Below, one piece after another: positions 1 through 9,099 of a stretch of 64,000 nt of DNA; position 1 is the stretch's first letter, and the number at the start of each line of letters is the position of its first letter. Source of the stretch: a virus; the IMG/VR virus record IMGVR_UViG_3300045116_000679, positions 3,109 through 67,108 of that record, one strand, 5' to 3'. A program made the position numbers and the translations under genes. The notes beneath the pieces are model-generated. The model saw nothing but the letters and a program-made list of their open reading frames with translations. It was not told the origin of the DNA and made no database searches.

Positions 1-49
1 TCGGCGCGAATCATCTCCCGGCAGCGCGGGACGCAGCAGGCGATGCGGA

Positions 50-493
50 TCATGCGCCAGCCCTCCGAGCCGCGACGCCCGCGTTCAGCAGCGCGACGAG
101 CTCGCGCGCCTGATGGTCGGTCGCCGCCATGAACACCGGTTCATCGCCCCGGTAGACGTTGCGCGGTACGCGGCGGCCGGTGCGGAACTCGTCCGGTGGG
201 GAAGGGGGCGCCGCGTCGGATCCGGGGCTCGGCGGCGGCGCCGCGGGCTCACCGTGCTCCTCCAGCAGCTGGGGCGGCGGCGTCAGCGAGGGGAGCCGGA
301 GAGCGGCACGGGCCGCGCGGCACGCCTCGTGAAGTGTCTGGTGGATGCCGTGTTCTTTATCCCCAATCGTGAGGCCCCACCAGATCGTGTCCCCGGTGGT
401 ATTGCAGGACCAGCGGGTGATCTTGGCGGCGTCGCGGCCCCGGACGACTAGTAGAAGCGTTAGGCCGTCGTCGGACATCGTCCAGTCAACCAT
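50..493 (-). CDS. Hypothetical protein
   Basis: ORF from MVDWTMSDD in tightly overlapping leftward operon. Confidence 0.6.
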   Translation of the reverse strand: MVDWTMSDDGLTLLLVVRGRDAAKITRWSCNTTGDTIWWGLTIGDKEHGIHQTLHEACRAARAALRLPSLTPPPQLLEEHGEPAAPPPSPGSDAAPPSPPDEFRTGRRVPRNVYRGDEPVFMAATDHQARELVALLNAGVAARRAGA

Positions 494-710
494 GACGCAC
501 CTCCGCCTTGTCGGCCGCCCGCTGAAGGTCTGTTGCCAGCTCACGCGCCTCGGCCGGGCTAAGCGCCGCCCAGGCGTCCGCCGAGATCGAGCCGAAGTTG
601 CGCATCACTCCGAGTTCGAGCGTGACCTCGCCGTTGTGCGTACCGACCTGGATGGCGCTGCCGAGTTCCGGCTCGTCGCCCCGGCGGTCGTGGTAGCTCC
701 GTTCAGCCAC
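486..710 (-). CDS. Hypothetical protein
   Basis: GTG start after GGAGG-like RBS, overlaps neighbours. Confidence 0.55.
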   Translation of the reverse strand: MAERSYHDRRGDEPELGSAIQVGTHNGEVTLELGVMRNFGSISADAWAALSPAEARELATDLQRAADKAEVRHG

Positions 711-1287
711 GGCCTGCCTCCTCGCGGTAAGCCTGGATGAACATGTCGAGCCAACGCCGCGGCATGAATTGCCCGAACTGGCGATTTGCCTTCTCGGCCG
801 CACGGAAGGCGGCCGCCGGATCGAGCGGTCGGACGAGCTTGGTTTCCTCGGCGGCGCGGATCTCCCGATCGCGCACCCGCGGCAGCTCGCCGGCCGGCGT
901 CCGCTTCATCCACGGCTGGAAGGCGGCAAGCTCGTCGAGGCCGGGCCACGTGCCGTTGAAGGTGATCGCCCGGTCATCGAGCGTCACGAACGCCGACGGC
1001 TTGGACACCGGCCACTCGATCAGGTCGAGGACGTGTTGTGCCTCACGGTGGTCGTCGATCACCGCCATGACGTGCATCGTCAGCCAGCCACGCATGGCGT
1101 CGATGCCGCCGGGCTCGGCCGAGCGCGACGAGTAGACCGCGACGCGGAACCGCTCGACGGCTGCGTGCAGGAACTCGACGGCGCCGGTCACGGGCGGGTC
1201 GGGGATGATCGCGGCGCCCTGCCACCCGGATCTGTATGAGTGCAGGACCCCGTCGAAATCGAGCGCAAGGATGGGTTTGCGGGACAT
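703..1287 (-). CDS. HAD-superfamily phosphatase-like protein
   Basis: N-terminal ILALDFDGVLH (HAD motif I DxD), later K and LDDR motifs. Confidence 0.75.
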   Translation of the reverse strand: MSRKPILALDFDGVLHSYRSGWQGAAIIPDPPVTGAVEFLHAAVERFRVAVYSSRSAEPGGIDAMRGWLTMHVMAVIDDHREAQHVLDLIEWPVSKPSAFVTLDDRAITFNGTWPGLDELAAFQPWMKRTPAGELPRVRDREIRAAEETKLVRPLDPAAAFRAAEKANRQFGQFMPRRWLDMFIQAYREEAGRG

Positions 1288-1292
1288 CGCCC

Positions 1293-1649
1293 TCACTCCA
1301 CGGCGGTCAGGGTTGGGTCGGGGGTGGTCGCCTCGGTCGGCCGGACGCCGCGCTCGGCCAAGGCCTCGAGGTCGGGGATCATCTCGGCGCGGACCTCGGC
1401 GCGGCGGTATTCCCAGCCCGGCAGCAGCTCGTGCCGGTAGAGGCCGTTCACGCGGGAGAGGCCGGGGAGCCCGTCCCAAGTCTCGATCCACACGCCGCGC
1501 CGCGGGCGGCTGTAGTCGACGTGCATGACGTTGCGGGCGCCGAGCTTGGTGTGATCCGCGATGACGGCGCGCAGCGCGCGGGCGGCGGCCGCGGCGGCGG
1601 CGCGTTCCTGCATGGTCGGCGGCGGGAGGGGCTTCGGGGCGCGCGCCAT
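1293..1649 (-). CDS. Hypothetical protein
   Basis: 118-aa ORF co-oriented in operon. Confidence 0.6.
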   Translation of the reverse strand: MARAPKPLPPPTMQERAAAAAAARALRAVIADHTKLGARNVMHVDYSRPRRGVWIETWDGLPGLSRVNGLYRHELLPGWEYRRAEVRAEMIPDLEALAERGVRPTEATTPDPTLTAVE

Positions 1650-1653
1650 CGCG

Positions 1654-3957
1654 TCACTCCGCGGCGAACAGAGGCATGTCGGCCGCAGGCCGGGCCCGGC
1701 GCTCGCGTAGCGCGTCCTCCCGGTAGTTCGCGGCGACCAAGATCTCGGCCATGCCGGGGCAGACCGAATTCCCGCACATGCGGCCCTGCTGTTCGAGCGT
1801 TAGGGGGATGATCGTCCCGTCCTCCAGCTCGCCGCGATCGATCGTGTAGTTCGGCCGGAAACCCTGGGCGTTGAACCGCTCGCGCGGGGTCAGCATCCGC
1901 ATGCCGATGTCGACGATGGCATAGGGCTCGCCCTGGATCGTCACCGTCACGACGCCGTGCCGGGGCTTCGCGGTGATCGTGTGCAGCGGGTCGGTGACCG
2001 GCTGTGATGGCAGGCCCTCCCCGTAATACTTCGCCAGGAAGGCGTAGACCGCGGCGGCGTGGTTCCCGCCTCCGGTGGCGGTCGGCGCGGGTGCGTCGAT
2101 CGGCGCATCCCGCCGGTCCGAGCCGCGCAGGTTGAGCATATGGGCGGCGACGACGCCCTGCTGGCAGCCCTTCTCCGTGATGGTCGAGACGGGCTCCTCG
2201 GCCGACTTCGCCGGCTGGCCCGGGTGCGACCCGGCGGTGTGCTGCGCGACGAAGGCGGCTACGACGGTCTGCTGTCCGCCCGAGGCGGTGACCGTCCGGA
2301 CCGGCTCCCGGACGTCCGAGCCCGGCTTGATCCCCTCGCCCCGCTCGCTGTTGTGCTGCGCCAGGAAGGCGGCGACGACCGCGGCCTTGCCGGCACCGCC
2401 GGCCGTGATCGTGCCGACCGGCTCATCCGCGGCCGAGCCGATCGACTGACCGAACTGCCGGGACAGGTGGACCGCCGCAAGGCTCCCCTCGTTCCCGGTA
2501 GGCACGATGACCGGCGCCGGCTCGTCCAGGGCGCGGGTCCGCGGCTCCTGGCCGGGGCGCTCGCCGTAGCGGGGGACGAGGAAGGGCGTCACCAAGTGCC
2601 CGGGGACGTTGTCGCCCGCGGTGATCGTCGCGGTCGGCTCCTCGACGCCGCGGACACGCGGCTCGTGGCCCGCTTTCTCCTGAAAGCGCGGCGCCAGGAA
2701 CGGCGCGACCACCGCGATCCCGCCCGCCGTCGCGATCGTGCTGACGGGCTCCTCCGCGCCGTGAACGCCCTTGCGCGCCGGGTCGCCGGAGGTCTGGTCG
2801 ACGCGGATCAGATGCGGGGCAACGATCCCGAGCGGCGCCGCGCCGACCCCGCGGGTTTCGCTCGCGTGCGCCGTTACCGTCGCCAGCGGCTGCTCTATCG
2901 GGTGCCCGGTGGCGCCGCGGTTGAACTTGGTCACGAAGGGCGCGACGACCGTGTTGTGGTCCTTCGGGCTGGCCGTGATCGTATGCAGCGGCGCCTCGAT
3001 ATCCCGGCTCGCGCCGCCCTGCTGAGCGTAGCTGACGAAGGGCGTGACCAAGGCTTCGCCACGGCCGCCGGTGAAGGTCGGGGCCGGCTCCTCGGCGCTA
3101 TGCGCGCGACCGCCCGTGCCGCCCCCGTGGTTGACCTGCACGAGGAAGGGCTTCGCCGCGTTGACGACGTAGCGCATCGTCCCCTTGGCGATCCGGGCCA
3201 TCGTGGCGTCCGCGAGCGGCCGGTTGGCGCGGATCCCGTGCTTCACCTTGATCTCGGCCGAGGTCTCGAAGATCGATGGGCAGGGCAGCGACCAGTCGAT
3301 GATCTCGGCCGCCGTGCGCCAGGGCTTCAGCCGCCCGGACCGGACCGCCTCGGACTTCGGGTCGCCGTGGGTCGGCTCCGGCCAGACGATCGGGCGGCCG
3401 TCCCGCCGCGCGATCCAGTAGAGGCGCTTGCGGATCGTGGGCACGCCGAAGTCGCAGGCGCGCAGCTCGCGGTGCTCGACCTTGTAGCCGAGCGCCTCCC
3501 AGGCGCCGACGTACTGCCGGAACGTGGCGCCGCGCTGTAGCGGGCAGGGGCGGCCGTCCTCAAGGAGCGGTCCCCAATCCGCGAACTCCTCGACGTTCTC
3601 CAGGAAGACCACTTTGGGCCGCTGCCAGCGCGGCAGGCGCTTGACCCAGCCGAGGACGGTCCAGGCGAGCCCGCGGATGTGCTTCTCGCGCGGCTTGCCG
3701 CCCTTGGCCTTGGAGTGGTGCTTGCAGTCGGGGCTCATCCAGAGCATCCCGATCGGGCGATCGCCGCACATCGCGCGAGCGTCGACCGTGACGACGTCCT
3801 CCTCGATGTGGTGCGTGTCCGGATGGTTGATCCGGTGCATCGCGAGCGCGATCGCGTCGTGATTCACTGCGATATCGGGATCCCGACCGAGCGCGGCCCG
3901 GATGCCCTCGGAAGCGCCGCCGCCGCCCGCGAAGGAGTCGATCACGAGAGGCCGCAT
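1654..3957 (-). CDS. DNA cytosine-5 methyltransferase with long repeat insertion
   Basis: FAGGGG (motif I), SPDCKHHS (PC-like motif IV), LENVEEF (VI), RKRLY (VIII), RMLTPRE...GNSVCP (IX-X). Confidence 0.92.
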   Translation of the reverse strand: MRPLVIDSFAGGGGASEGIRAALGRDPDIAVNHDAIALAMHRINHPDTHHIEEDVVTVDARAMCGDRPIGMLWMSPDCKHHSKAKGGKPREKHIRGLAWTVLGWVKRLPRWQRPKVVFLENVEEFADWGPLLEDGRPCPLQRGATFRQYVGAWEALGYKVEHRELRACDFGVPTIRKRLYWIARRDGRPIVWPEPTHGDPKSEAVRSGRLKPWRTAAEIIDWSLPCPSIFETSAEIKVKHGIRANRPLADATMARIAKGTMRYVVNAAKPFLVQVNHGGGTGGRAHSAEEPAPTFTGGRGEALVTPFVSYAQQGGASRDIEAPLHTITASPKDHNTVVAPFVTKFNRGATGHPIEQPLATVTAHASETRGVGAAPLGIVAPHLIRVDQTSGDPARKGVHGAEEPVSTIATAGGIAVVAPFLAPRFQEKAGHEPRVRGVEEPTATITAGDNVPGHLVTPFLVPRYGERPGQEPRTRALDEPAPVIVPTGNEGSLAAVHLSRQFGQSIGSAADEPVGTITAGGAGKAAVVAAFLAQHNSERGEGIKPGSDVREPVRTVTASGGQQTVVAAFVAQHTAGSHPGQPAKSAEEPVSTITEKGCQQGVVAAHMLNLRGSDRRDAPIDAPAPTATGGGNHAAAVYAFLAKYYGEGLPSQPVTDPLHTITAKPRHGVVTVTIQGEPYAIVDIGMRMLTPRERFNAQGFRPNYTIDRGELEDGTIIPLTLEQQGRMCGNSVCPGMAEILVAANYREDALRERRARPAADMPLFAAE

Positions 3958-4430
3958 CACTCCCCCCTCCCGGCCGCATCGGCGTTCTGATGCTGCGCAA
4001 GCAGGGCGTTCAGCAGGGCGAGCACCACAGCCGACGGGCCGTCCTCGTGCTCGCCCTTGCCCAGGACAGTGTCCGTCCCGAGCAGGAGCCGGCAAGAATA
4101 CGGCAGCTCCATCTCCGCGAGCCGGTGGTAGAGGAAGTTCACGCCGGGCAGCATGCGCTCGACGAGTCCGAAAGCAGCGTCGAGCGGCCCGGTGGCCCAG
4201 CGCAGTTGCCATGCCGGCCATTCCGACCAGACATCATCTTGGCCGGTGAACGGCTTCCGGCCGACGCACACGTAGATTTGGTGGGAGATGCGCGCTCTGG
4301 TGACGAAGGCGCCGTCCGGAGCGATGAACATAGCAGTCAGGTGCGCGCAAGTAATTGGTTCCAACTCGGACCGGGGATGAACAAGTTCGATCAGCGCGTG
4401 CAGCAAGGCGGGACTAGGCAGCGGGTTCAT
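3957..4430 (-). CDS. Hypothetical protein
   Basis: 157-aa ORF overlapping neighbours. Confidence 0.6.
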   Translation of the reverse strand: MNPLPSPALLHALIELVHPRSELEPITCAHLTAMFIAPDGAFVTRARISHQIYVCVGRKPFTGQDDVWSEWPAWQLRWATGPLDAAFGLVERMLPGVNFLYHRLAEMELPYSCRLLLGTDTVLGKGEHEDGPSAVVLALLNALLAQHQNADAAGRGE

Positions 4431-4852
4431 GCCGCCCTCCCGGCCGCGAGCGCGTCGAGGTTCTGGATCGCGTGCCAGCGGATCAGCACGCCCTCGAATT
4501 CGTCGATGCCGGGATGCTCAGCGCGCCAGAACCCGGCCATGTCTTCGATCGACTGGAAGCCGTCCGCCCTGGCGAAGGTCTCCATGCTGTCGGGGTGCAG
4601 GAGCTTGCCGCCGACCTCGAACAGCTCTGCGGCGCCGTGCGCCGAGAAACACAGGCGCACCGGCTCGACGGCGGCGCACGTGACTCGCGCCAGCAGGCGG
4701 CAGTGTCGCGTCCGCATGCCGGTATAGAGCTGGATCGGCTCGCCGGGCCGGGCATGGCGCGAGCGGCCGGCCCGCGGCGCCCGGATGGTCTGCGCCTTGG
4801 CGCCCAGCAGGATCGGCTCGGCGAAACGGCTCTTGAAGCTGTAGGCGACCAT
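4427..4852 (-). CDS. ASCH/PUA-like domain protein (copy 1)
   Basis: F...ILLGAKAQTIR (GxKxxTIR ASCH motif), FARADGF. Confidence 0.75.
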   Translation of the reverse strand: MVAYSFKSRFAEPILLGAKAQTIRAPRAGRSRHARPGEPIQLYTGMRTRHCRLLARVTCAAVEPVRLCFSAHGAAELFEVGGKLLHPDSMETFARADGFQSIEDMAGFWRAEHPGIDEFEGVLIRWHAIQNLDALAAGRAA

Positions 4853-5367
4853 TACTTTCCCTCTTCGACATCCGCTTCGCCGATGGCGTGAATAGTTGCC
4901 GTTACTATACGGTCGTAAACTTCAGACGCCAGAACACGCTTAGCGGCCTTCATGAACTCGCGCGCAAAAGTCTCTTTTTGATGCTTTTCACTTTGTTCTG
5001 CTTTGGTAGACCGATCGATTTTGGCCCGAGAAAGTTCTAATTCTAATTTGTGAATATCGTCTATAAGTTGGGCTTTCTTGTTCTGCCAGCCCGTCCAAAT
5101 ATTACGAGGTACAAAAGTATTATAGAGTGTTCGCTGAGCTATCGCATGGCTTATCTGAGCGTTTAGCTTCGCAAGAGCGGCCTGCAATTCGACTTTCCTA
5201 TGCCGAGCCCGCTCTATCCGCTGCTCAGGCGTCACCGGCTCCGGGGCGTCGCCGCGGGGGGCGGCTTGCTTGAAGGCCGTCGGATCCACGCCGCCGGTAT
5301 TGCGGGTGGAATGGAGAGCCGCGCCTAAAGCGCGGGCTTGCGATGCCCGGGATGTTTCCTTGAACAT
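4852..5367 (-). CDS. Hypothetical coiled-coil protein (low-GC)
   Basis: 171-aa ORF, markedly AT-richer than flanks. Confidence 0.65.
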   Translation of the reverse strand: MFKETSRASQARALGAALHSTRNTGGVDPTAFKQAAPRGDAPEPVTPEQRIERARHRKVELQAALAKLNAQISHAIAQRTLYNTFVPRNIWTGWQNKKAQLIDDIHKLELELSRAKIDRSTKAEQSEKHQKETFAREFMKAAKRVLASEVYDRIVTATIHAIGEADVEEGK

Positions 5368-5642
5368 CAGCGCGAGCCCTCCGGCTGCTGCGTCCGCTCG
5401 GTCGCGTCACCGGCAGCGGCCATCACCGACCGGGCGAAGTTCCGGGCTTCGGCGCGCGGGACGGTGATGCAGGCGGTCACCTCACCGTGCTCGCCCGTGA
5501 GGCTGAACGCGATGTCGACCTCGCCGTCGGAGCGGGGCGTCGCGGCGAGCGCCCAGGCGGTGATCGGGTTCGGGAAGGCGATCGGCTCAGCCGGCGGCGG
5601 GTCGCACGCCAGCGCGGCCGCGGGAGCGGCGGTATCAGACAT
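5367..5642 (-). CDS. Hypothetical protein
   Basis: MSDTAAP start after GGAG RBS. Confidence 0.55.
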   Translation of the reverse strand: MSDTAAPAAALACDPPPAEPIAFPNPITAWALAATPRSDGEVDIAFSLTGEHGEVTACITVPRAEARNFARSVMAAAGDATERTQQPEGSR

Positions 5643-6075
5643 CGGCGGTCTCCTTGGGGGTGGGGCGGCTCGCACGCCGCGGTCCGTTGAGGGGCGAGCG
5701 GTTCCAGCGGACCCGGCCCTGGCACTTCGGGCAGGGGATCTCGCCGCTCAGGATGGTCTCGTCGGACGGGATGGCGGCGATCACCGCCATCGTGAGCCCG
5801 AAGCTGGCGGCCATCGCGCGTTCTTCGGCTTCGACGTCATCGACGGTCGGCGTCTGGCGCCGGTCGCACTCGAAAGTCGCGGTTGTCCGGCCGTTGCACG
5901 GGATCAGGTCGAGCCAGCCCGATTTCACGCGCGGACCGCATCGGGCGACGAGGTCGACGCCAGCGGCGCACGGCGGCTGAGCGAGGGCGCCCCGCCAGTG
6001 CTTGCACTGCGCGAGACGCTTCTGCCGACGGCGCGCCGCCAGTTCCTCGCGGGTCGGAATGGGCGCGGCCGTCAC
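5635..6075 (-). CDS. Cys-rich hypothetical protein
   Basis: CKHW...C and CPKC motifs; GTG start overlapping upstream stop. Confidence 0.6.
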   Translation of the reverse strand: MTAAPIPTREELAARRRQKRLAQCKHWRGALAQPPCAAGVDLVARCGPRVKSGWLDLIPCNGRTTATFECDRRQTPTVDDVEAEERAMAASFGLTMAVIAAIPSDETILSGEIPCPKCQGRVRWNRSPLNGPRRASRPTPKETADV

Positions 6076-6317
6076 GATGCGTCCTCCTCGACGTACCAGC
6101 CCGGATACCGGCCCGGCCCACGCCCGAACTCGCGCGGTGCCGTCGCTATGCGCCGGTGCTCGGCGCAGTAAGGGGAATCGCCGGTGGTGACCTCGGCGCA
6201 GAACAGGTGCTGGCGGGCGTGGAAGCCCGTCACCGGGTAGCGGCACTGATCTCGGCCGAGGTCTGCGAGCTGGACGCCGGGCGCCGGCGCCGATCTGATC
6301 GCGCGCAGCGCCGTCAT
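6072..6317 (-). CDS. GcrA C-terminal-like domain protein
   Basis: LADLGRDQCRYPV...FC...SPYCAEH matches the GcrA C-terminal Cys/His motif. Confidence 0.8.
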   Translation of the reverse strand: MTALRAIRSAPAPGVQLADLGRDQCRYPVTGFHARQHLFCAEVTTGDSPYCAEHRRIATAPREFGRGPGRYPGWYVEEDAS

Positions 6318-6550
6318 TGCAGGCCTCCCGCGGCTTGCAGCTGGCGGCGCTGCTCATCCCGGTTGCTGACGATCACGGCCGCGAGCCGCCCGGCGGCCTC
6401 GTCCTCTGCATGGGCGAGCGTAAAGGCGGCGACTTGGGCGACGGCGTGCAGGACGCGGTTGACGCGGGCGTGCGGATCCTCGACCTCGGCGGTCTCGCGC
6501 GCGATCACCGCGAGAAGCTGGCAGGTCAGACAGGAGCAGGCGTCATGCAT
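6314..6550 (-). CDS. Hypothetical protein
   Basis: 78-aa ORF with overlapping start/stop. Confidence 0.55.
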   Translation of the reverse strand: MHDACSCLTCQLLAVIARETAEVEDPHARVNRVLHAVAQVAAFTLAHAEDEAAGRLAAVIVSNRDEQRRQLQAAGGLQ

Positions 6551-7151
6551 GGCGTGCGCCCTGTCGGATGCCTAGGCGCGAGAGCTCGTTTCGAACCGCG
6601 CTATGAGTGACAGGACGTCCACAGATCCGGGTCATGGCCTCGGCGATCTGCGCCGATGTGCGCCCGCTCCTCGTAAGGTCGACCAGCTGCGCGGTCTGTT
6701 CATCGGTCCAGGTGCGCCGTTTCGGGGGGCGGCGTGCGGATTTACGGACCGGAGCCTCGGGCGCGTGAAGCGCCTCGGCCAGTACCGGCACGCTGATCGG
6801 GGCCAGGACGAGGCCCCGGCCCCATACGGTGTCGATGCGGATGCCCGGCGCGCGGCGGTGTAGCTTCGTCCGGATCTTCGACAGGTGGGTGGTGATCGTC
6901 TTGATGGCCGGTTCAGTGTCGGACAGCTGGTAGATCGCCGTCATCAGTGCTTCGTAGGTCATCACCCGGCCGTGGCGCAGGGCGAGCACGAAGCGCTCCT
7001 CGGTTGCGGTAAGGCCCCAGGCGATCGGCGTTCTCAAGTCGCCCGTGATGGCCGCGCGCAGCTGCTCGATCTCGGCGTCCCGCTCGGCCAGGAGATCCCG
7101 CAGGCGGCGGATCTCGGCCGCCGTGGTGGTGGTGTCCTGAGAGTGCATCAT
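6543..7151 (-). CDS. CtrA/OmpR-type winged-helix fused to GcrA-like HTH
   Basis: HLSKIRTKL...IDTVWGRGLVL (CtrA C-terminus is IETVWGRGYVL), then WTDEQTAQLVDLTRSGRTSAQIA...VTHSAV...LSRLGI (GcrA N-terminal HTH). Confidence 0.8.
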   Translation of the reverse strand: MMHSQDTTTTAAEIRRLRDLLAERDAEIEQLRAAITGDLRTPIAWGLTATEERFVLALRHGRVMTYEALMTAIYQLSDTEPAIKTITTHLSKIRTKLHRRAPGIRIDTVWGRGLVLAPISVPVLAEALHAPEAPVRKSARRPPKRRTWTDEQTAQLVDLTRSGRTSAQIAEAMTRICGRPVTHSAVRNELSRLGIRQGARHA

Positions 7152-7648
7152 GCCGCCGCCCTCCCGGTGTCGGGCCGGCTGGCGGCGCGCGCCGCGGCTT
7201 CCTGGGCGCGGGCCCATTCACGCACGGTGCCGTAGGTGAGGCCGTCGAGAACCGCCAAGGCCGCCGCGCAGCGGTCCGCGTCGAACATCGCGGCGTGGCA
7301 CTCGTCGAGCGGGATGCCGAGGCGGTGGGCGAGGTAGGCGTAGGCCCGTTCACGGGCTCGCTTCCGGATCCCGCCTCGCGCTTTCTTGGGCCGGCCCGCA
7401 TAGGCGTGATGCTGCCAAGCGGTCTTCCAGATCGGGTCGAAAGCCCGGTGCACGGCCTGACGCGCGGCGCGGACGGGAGCCGTGCCCGGAATCCCCATCG
7501 GCGCGTGCCCGCCGGCATGGCAGCCGACGTAGCCCTTGCAGGTGTCGCACAGCCATACGGGCTTGCGGGCGAGGTCAGGACGGAGCGGGAAGACCTCCCG
7601 GCCGTCCGTCAGGCGGGCGAGCGCGCCGCAGCAGCTGGGGGCGCACAT
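7148..7648 (-). CDS. DUF3268-like zinc-finger protein
   Basis: WLCDTCKGYVGCH...ARQAVHRAFDPIWK...AYAYLA...CHAAMFD. Confidence 0.8.
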   Translation of the reverse strand: MCAPSCCGALARLTDGREVFPLRPDLARKPVWLCDTCKGYVGCHAGGHAPMGIPGTAPVRAARQAVHRAFDPIWKTAWQHHAYAGRPKKARGGIRKRARERAYAYLAHRLGIPLDECHAAMFDADRCAAALAVLDGLTYGTVREWARAQEAAARAASRPDTGRAAA

Positions 7649-8145
7649 CAGAAGGGGAGCTCCGCGTCCGGGATACCGTCCGCCTTGTTCGCCGCGCTGA
7701 TGAGAAGCTCGCGCACCTCGCGCAGACGCTCGATGTGCGGCGCGCGATCATCAGCCCCCGCTTCCGCATCGACGGCCTTGGCCGCGTTGTGCCCCTTCAT
7801 CCACCAGAGCAGGTCCGCGAGGTTCGCTGCGATGTAGTAGGCCTCTTCGGCCGGGATGCGGATCTGAGCCATCCCCGGCGGCGGTTCAGCGGTACGTGCC
7901 GGATCCTCGCGCCGCGGCACCCGCGGTGCAGCCTCCTGGTCCTCGGTTTCCGGCGCGCCGGCCACGCGGACCTTGCTGAGGCCGTAGTAGGTCGACCGGA
8001 CCTCGGGGTGGGACAGCCCGGCGACGAGGCCAAGCATCTCGTCCCAGAGGAGCCCCGTGACCGTCTGGGCGGCGCCGCCCGTGCCGACCGTGAGGGCCAG
8101 AGTGGTGTCCGCGTCGGCCTTGATGACGATGGGCAGGGCGCGCAT
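7648..8145 (-). CDS. Hypothetical protein
   Basis: MRALPIV start after GGGAGG RBS; acidic ELPF tail. Confidence 0.6.
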   Translation of the reverse strand: MRALPIVIKADADTTLALTVGTGGAAQTVTGLLWDEMLGLVAGLSHPEVRSTYYGLSKVRVAGAPETEDQEAAPRVPRREDPARTAEPPPGMAQIRIPAEEAYYIAANLADLLWWMKGHNAAKAVDAEAGADDRAPHIERLREVRELLISAANKADGIPDAELPF

Positions 8146-8146
8146 G

Positions 8147-9079
8147 TCAGCCCTCCCGCCCCGCGCCGCGGCGCCCGCGGCCGGAATCGCGCTCCATCGC
8201 GCGCAGGGCCTCGTCGCCGGGGAAATCGCTGGCATCGTCGGTGATGCCGCCCTCGCCCTCCCGATCGGCTTCGGCCGCGGGTTCCTCTGCCGCCCCGGGC
8301 GCGGCGGGCTCCTCGTCCGGTGTCGGATGGTGCTCGATCTGGTCGACGAGCGGACTCTCGACCGGCGCGAACATGCGCGGGTCGCTGCCTTGGGCGGGCC
8401 GGCCGAACGCATACATCTCGTCGTCGCGCCGGATGATGTCGTCCAAGTCGGAGGACATCGGCAGCACCTTGGCGTGGCGGCGCGCGACGGTCTTGCGCGC
8501 CATCTCCTCCCACCACTGCACCCACGGGCCGCTGCCGGACGCGCGGCTCACCTTGCGCACCTTCTCGATCTCGCCGATGCTCATCACCTCGCGGCTGCGC
8601 TCGCCGCTCTTGAGCACCGCCACGGAGTAGGCTGCGATCGGCTTGCCGCGGTCGCCGAGCGCCGGCTTGTGCCGGATGTACGGCTCGTCGCCGAGCGCGT
8701 AGTCGAACTCGTCGTTTTCGAAGGCGACGTGCGCCTCCCACGAGACGATCTCGCCGCTGTTGCGGGCCTTCTTGCGGATGCCCCCGATCATCGGCATCCA
8801 CTGGGCCTTGCCGTTGAACTCGACGATCGCGCCCTCGCGCCCGTCCGGCAGCAGGCCATCCTGCGCGGCCCGCATCGCGGCGTTGAAGAACGACCGGCGC
8901 TCCAGGGTCATCAGCTTGGGGTTGTTCTGCACGGCCGTCGTCAGCACGCGCACGAACCGCTCCACCGGGATGTGCGCCGGCAGCGCGGCCTTGAACTCGC
9001 CCTCCCGGTTGTCGATCTGCTCGCGGATCTGCACAAGCGGGTTGGCTTGGCGGGGAGCGACTGCGGTTGATGCGGCCAT
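8147..9079 (-). CDS. recT: RecT-family single-strand annealing recombinase
   Basis: ALPAHIPVERFVRV...GLLPDGRE...PWVQWWEEMARKTV. Confidence 0.93.
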   Translation of the reverse strand: MAASTAVAPRQANPLVQIREQIDNREGEFKAALPAHIPVERFVRVLTTAVQNNPKLMTLERRSFFNAAMRAAQDGLLPDGREGAIVEFNGKAQWMPMIGGIRKKARNSGEIVSWEAHVAFENDEFDYALGDEPYIRHKPALGDRGKPIAAYSVAVLKSGERSREVMSIGEIEKVRKVSRASGSGPWVQWWEEMARKTVARRHAKVLPMSSDLDDIIRRDDEMYAFGRPAQGSDPRMFAPVESPLVDQIEHHPTPDEEPAAPGAAEEPAAEADREGEGGITDDASDFPGDEALRAMERDSGRGRRGAGREG

Positions 9080-9099
9080 GACGGATTCCTCGTTGCGGG

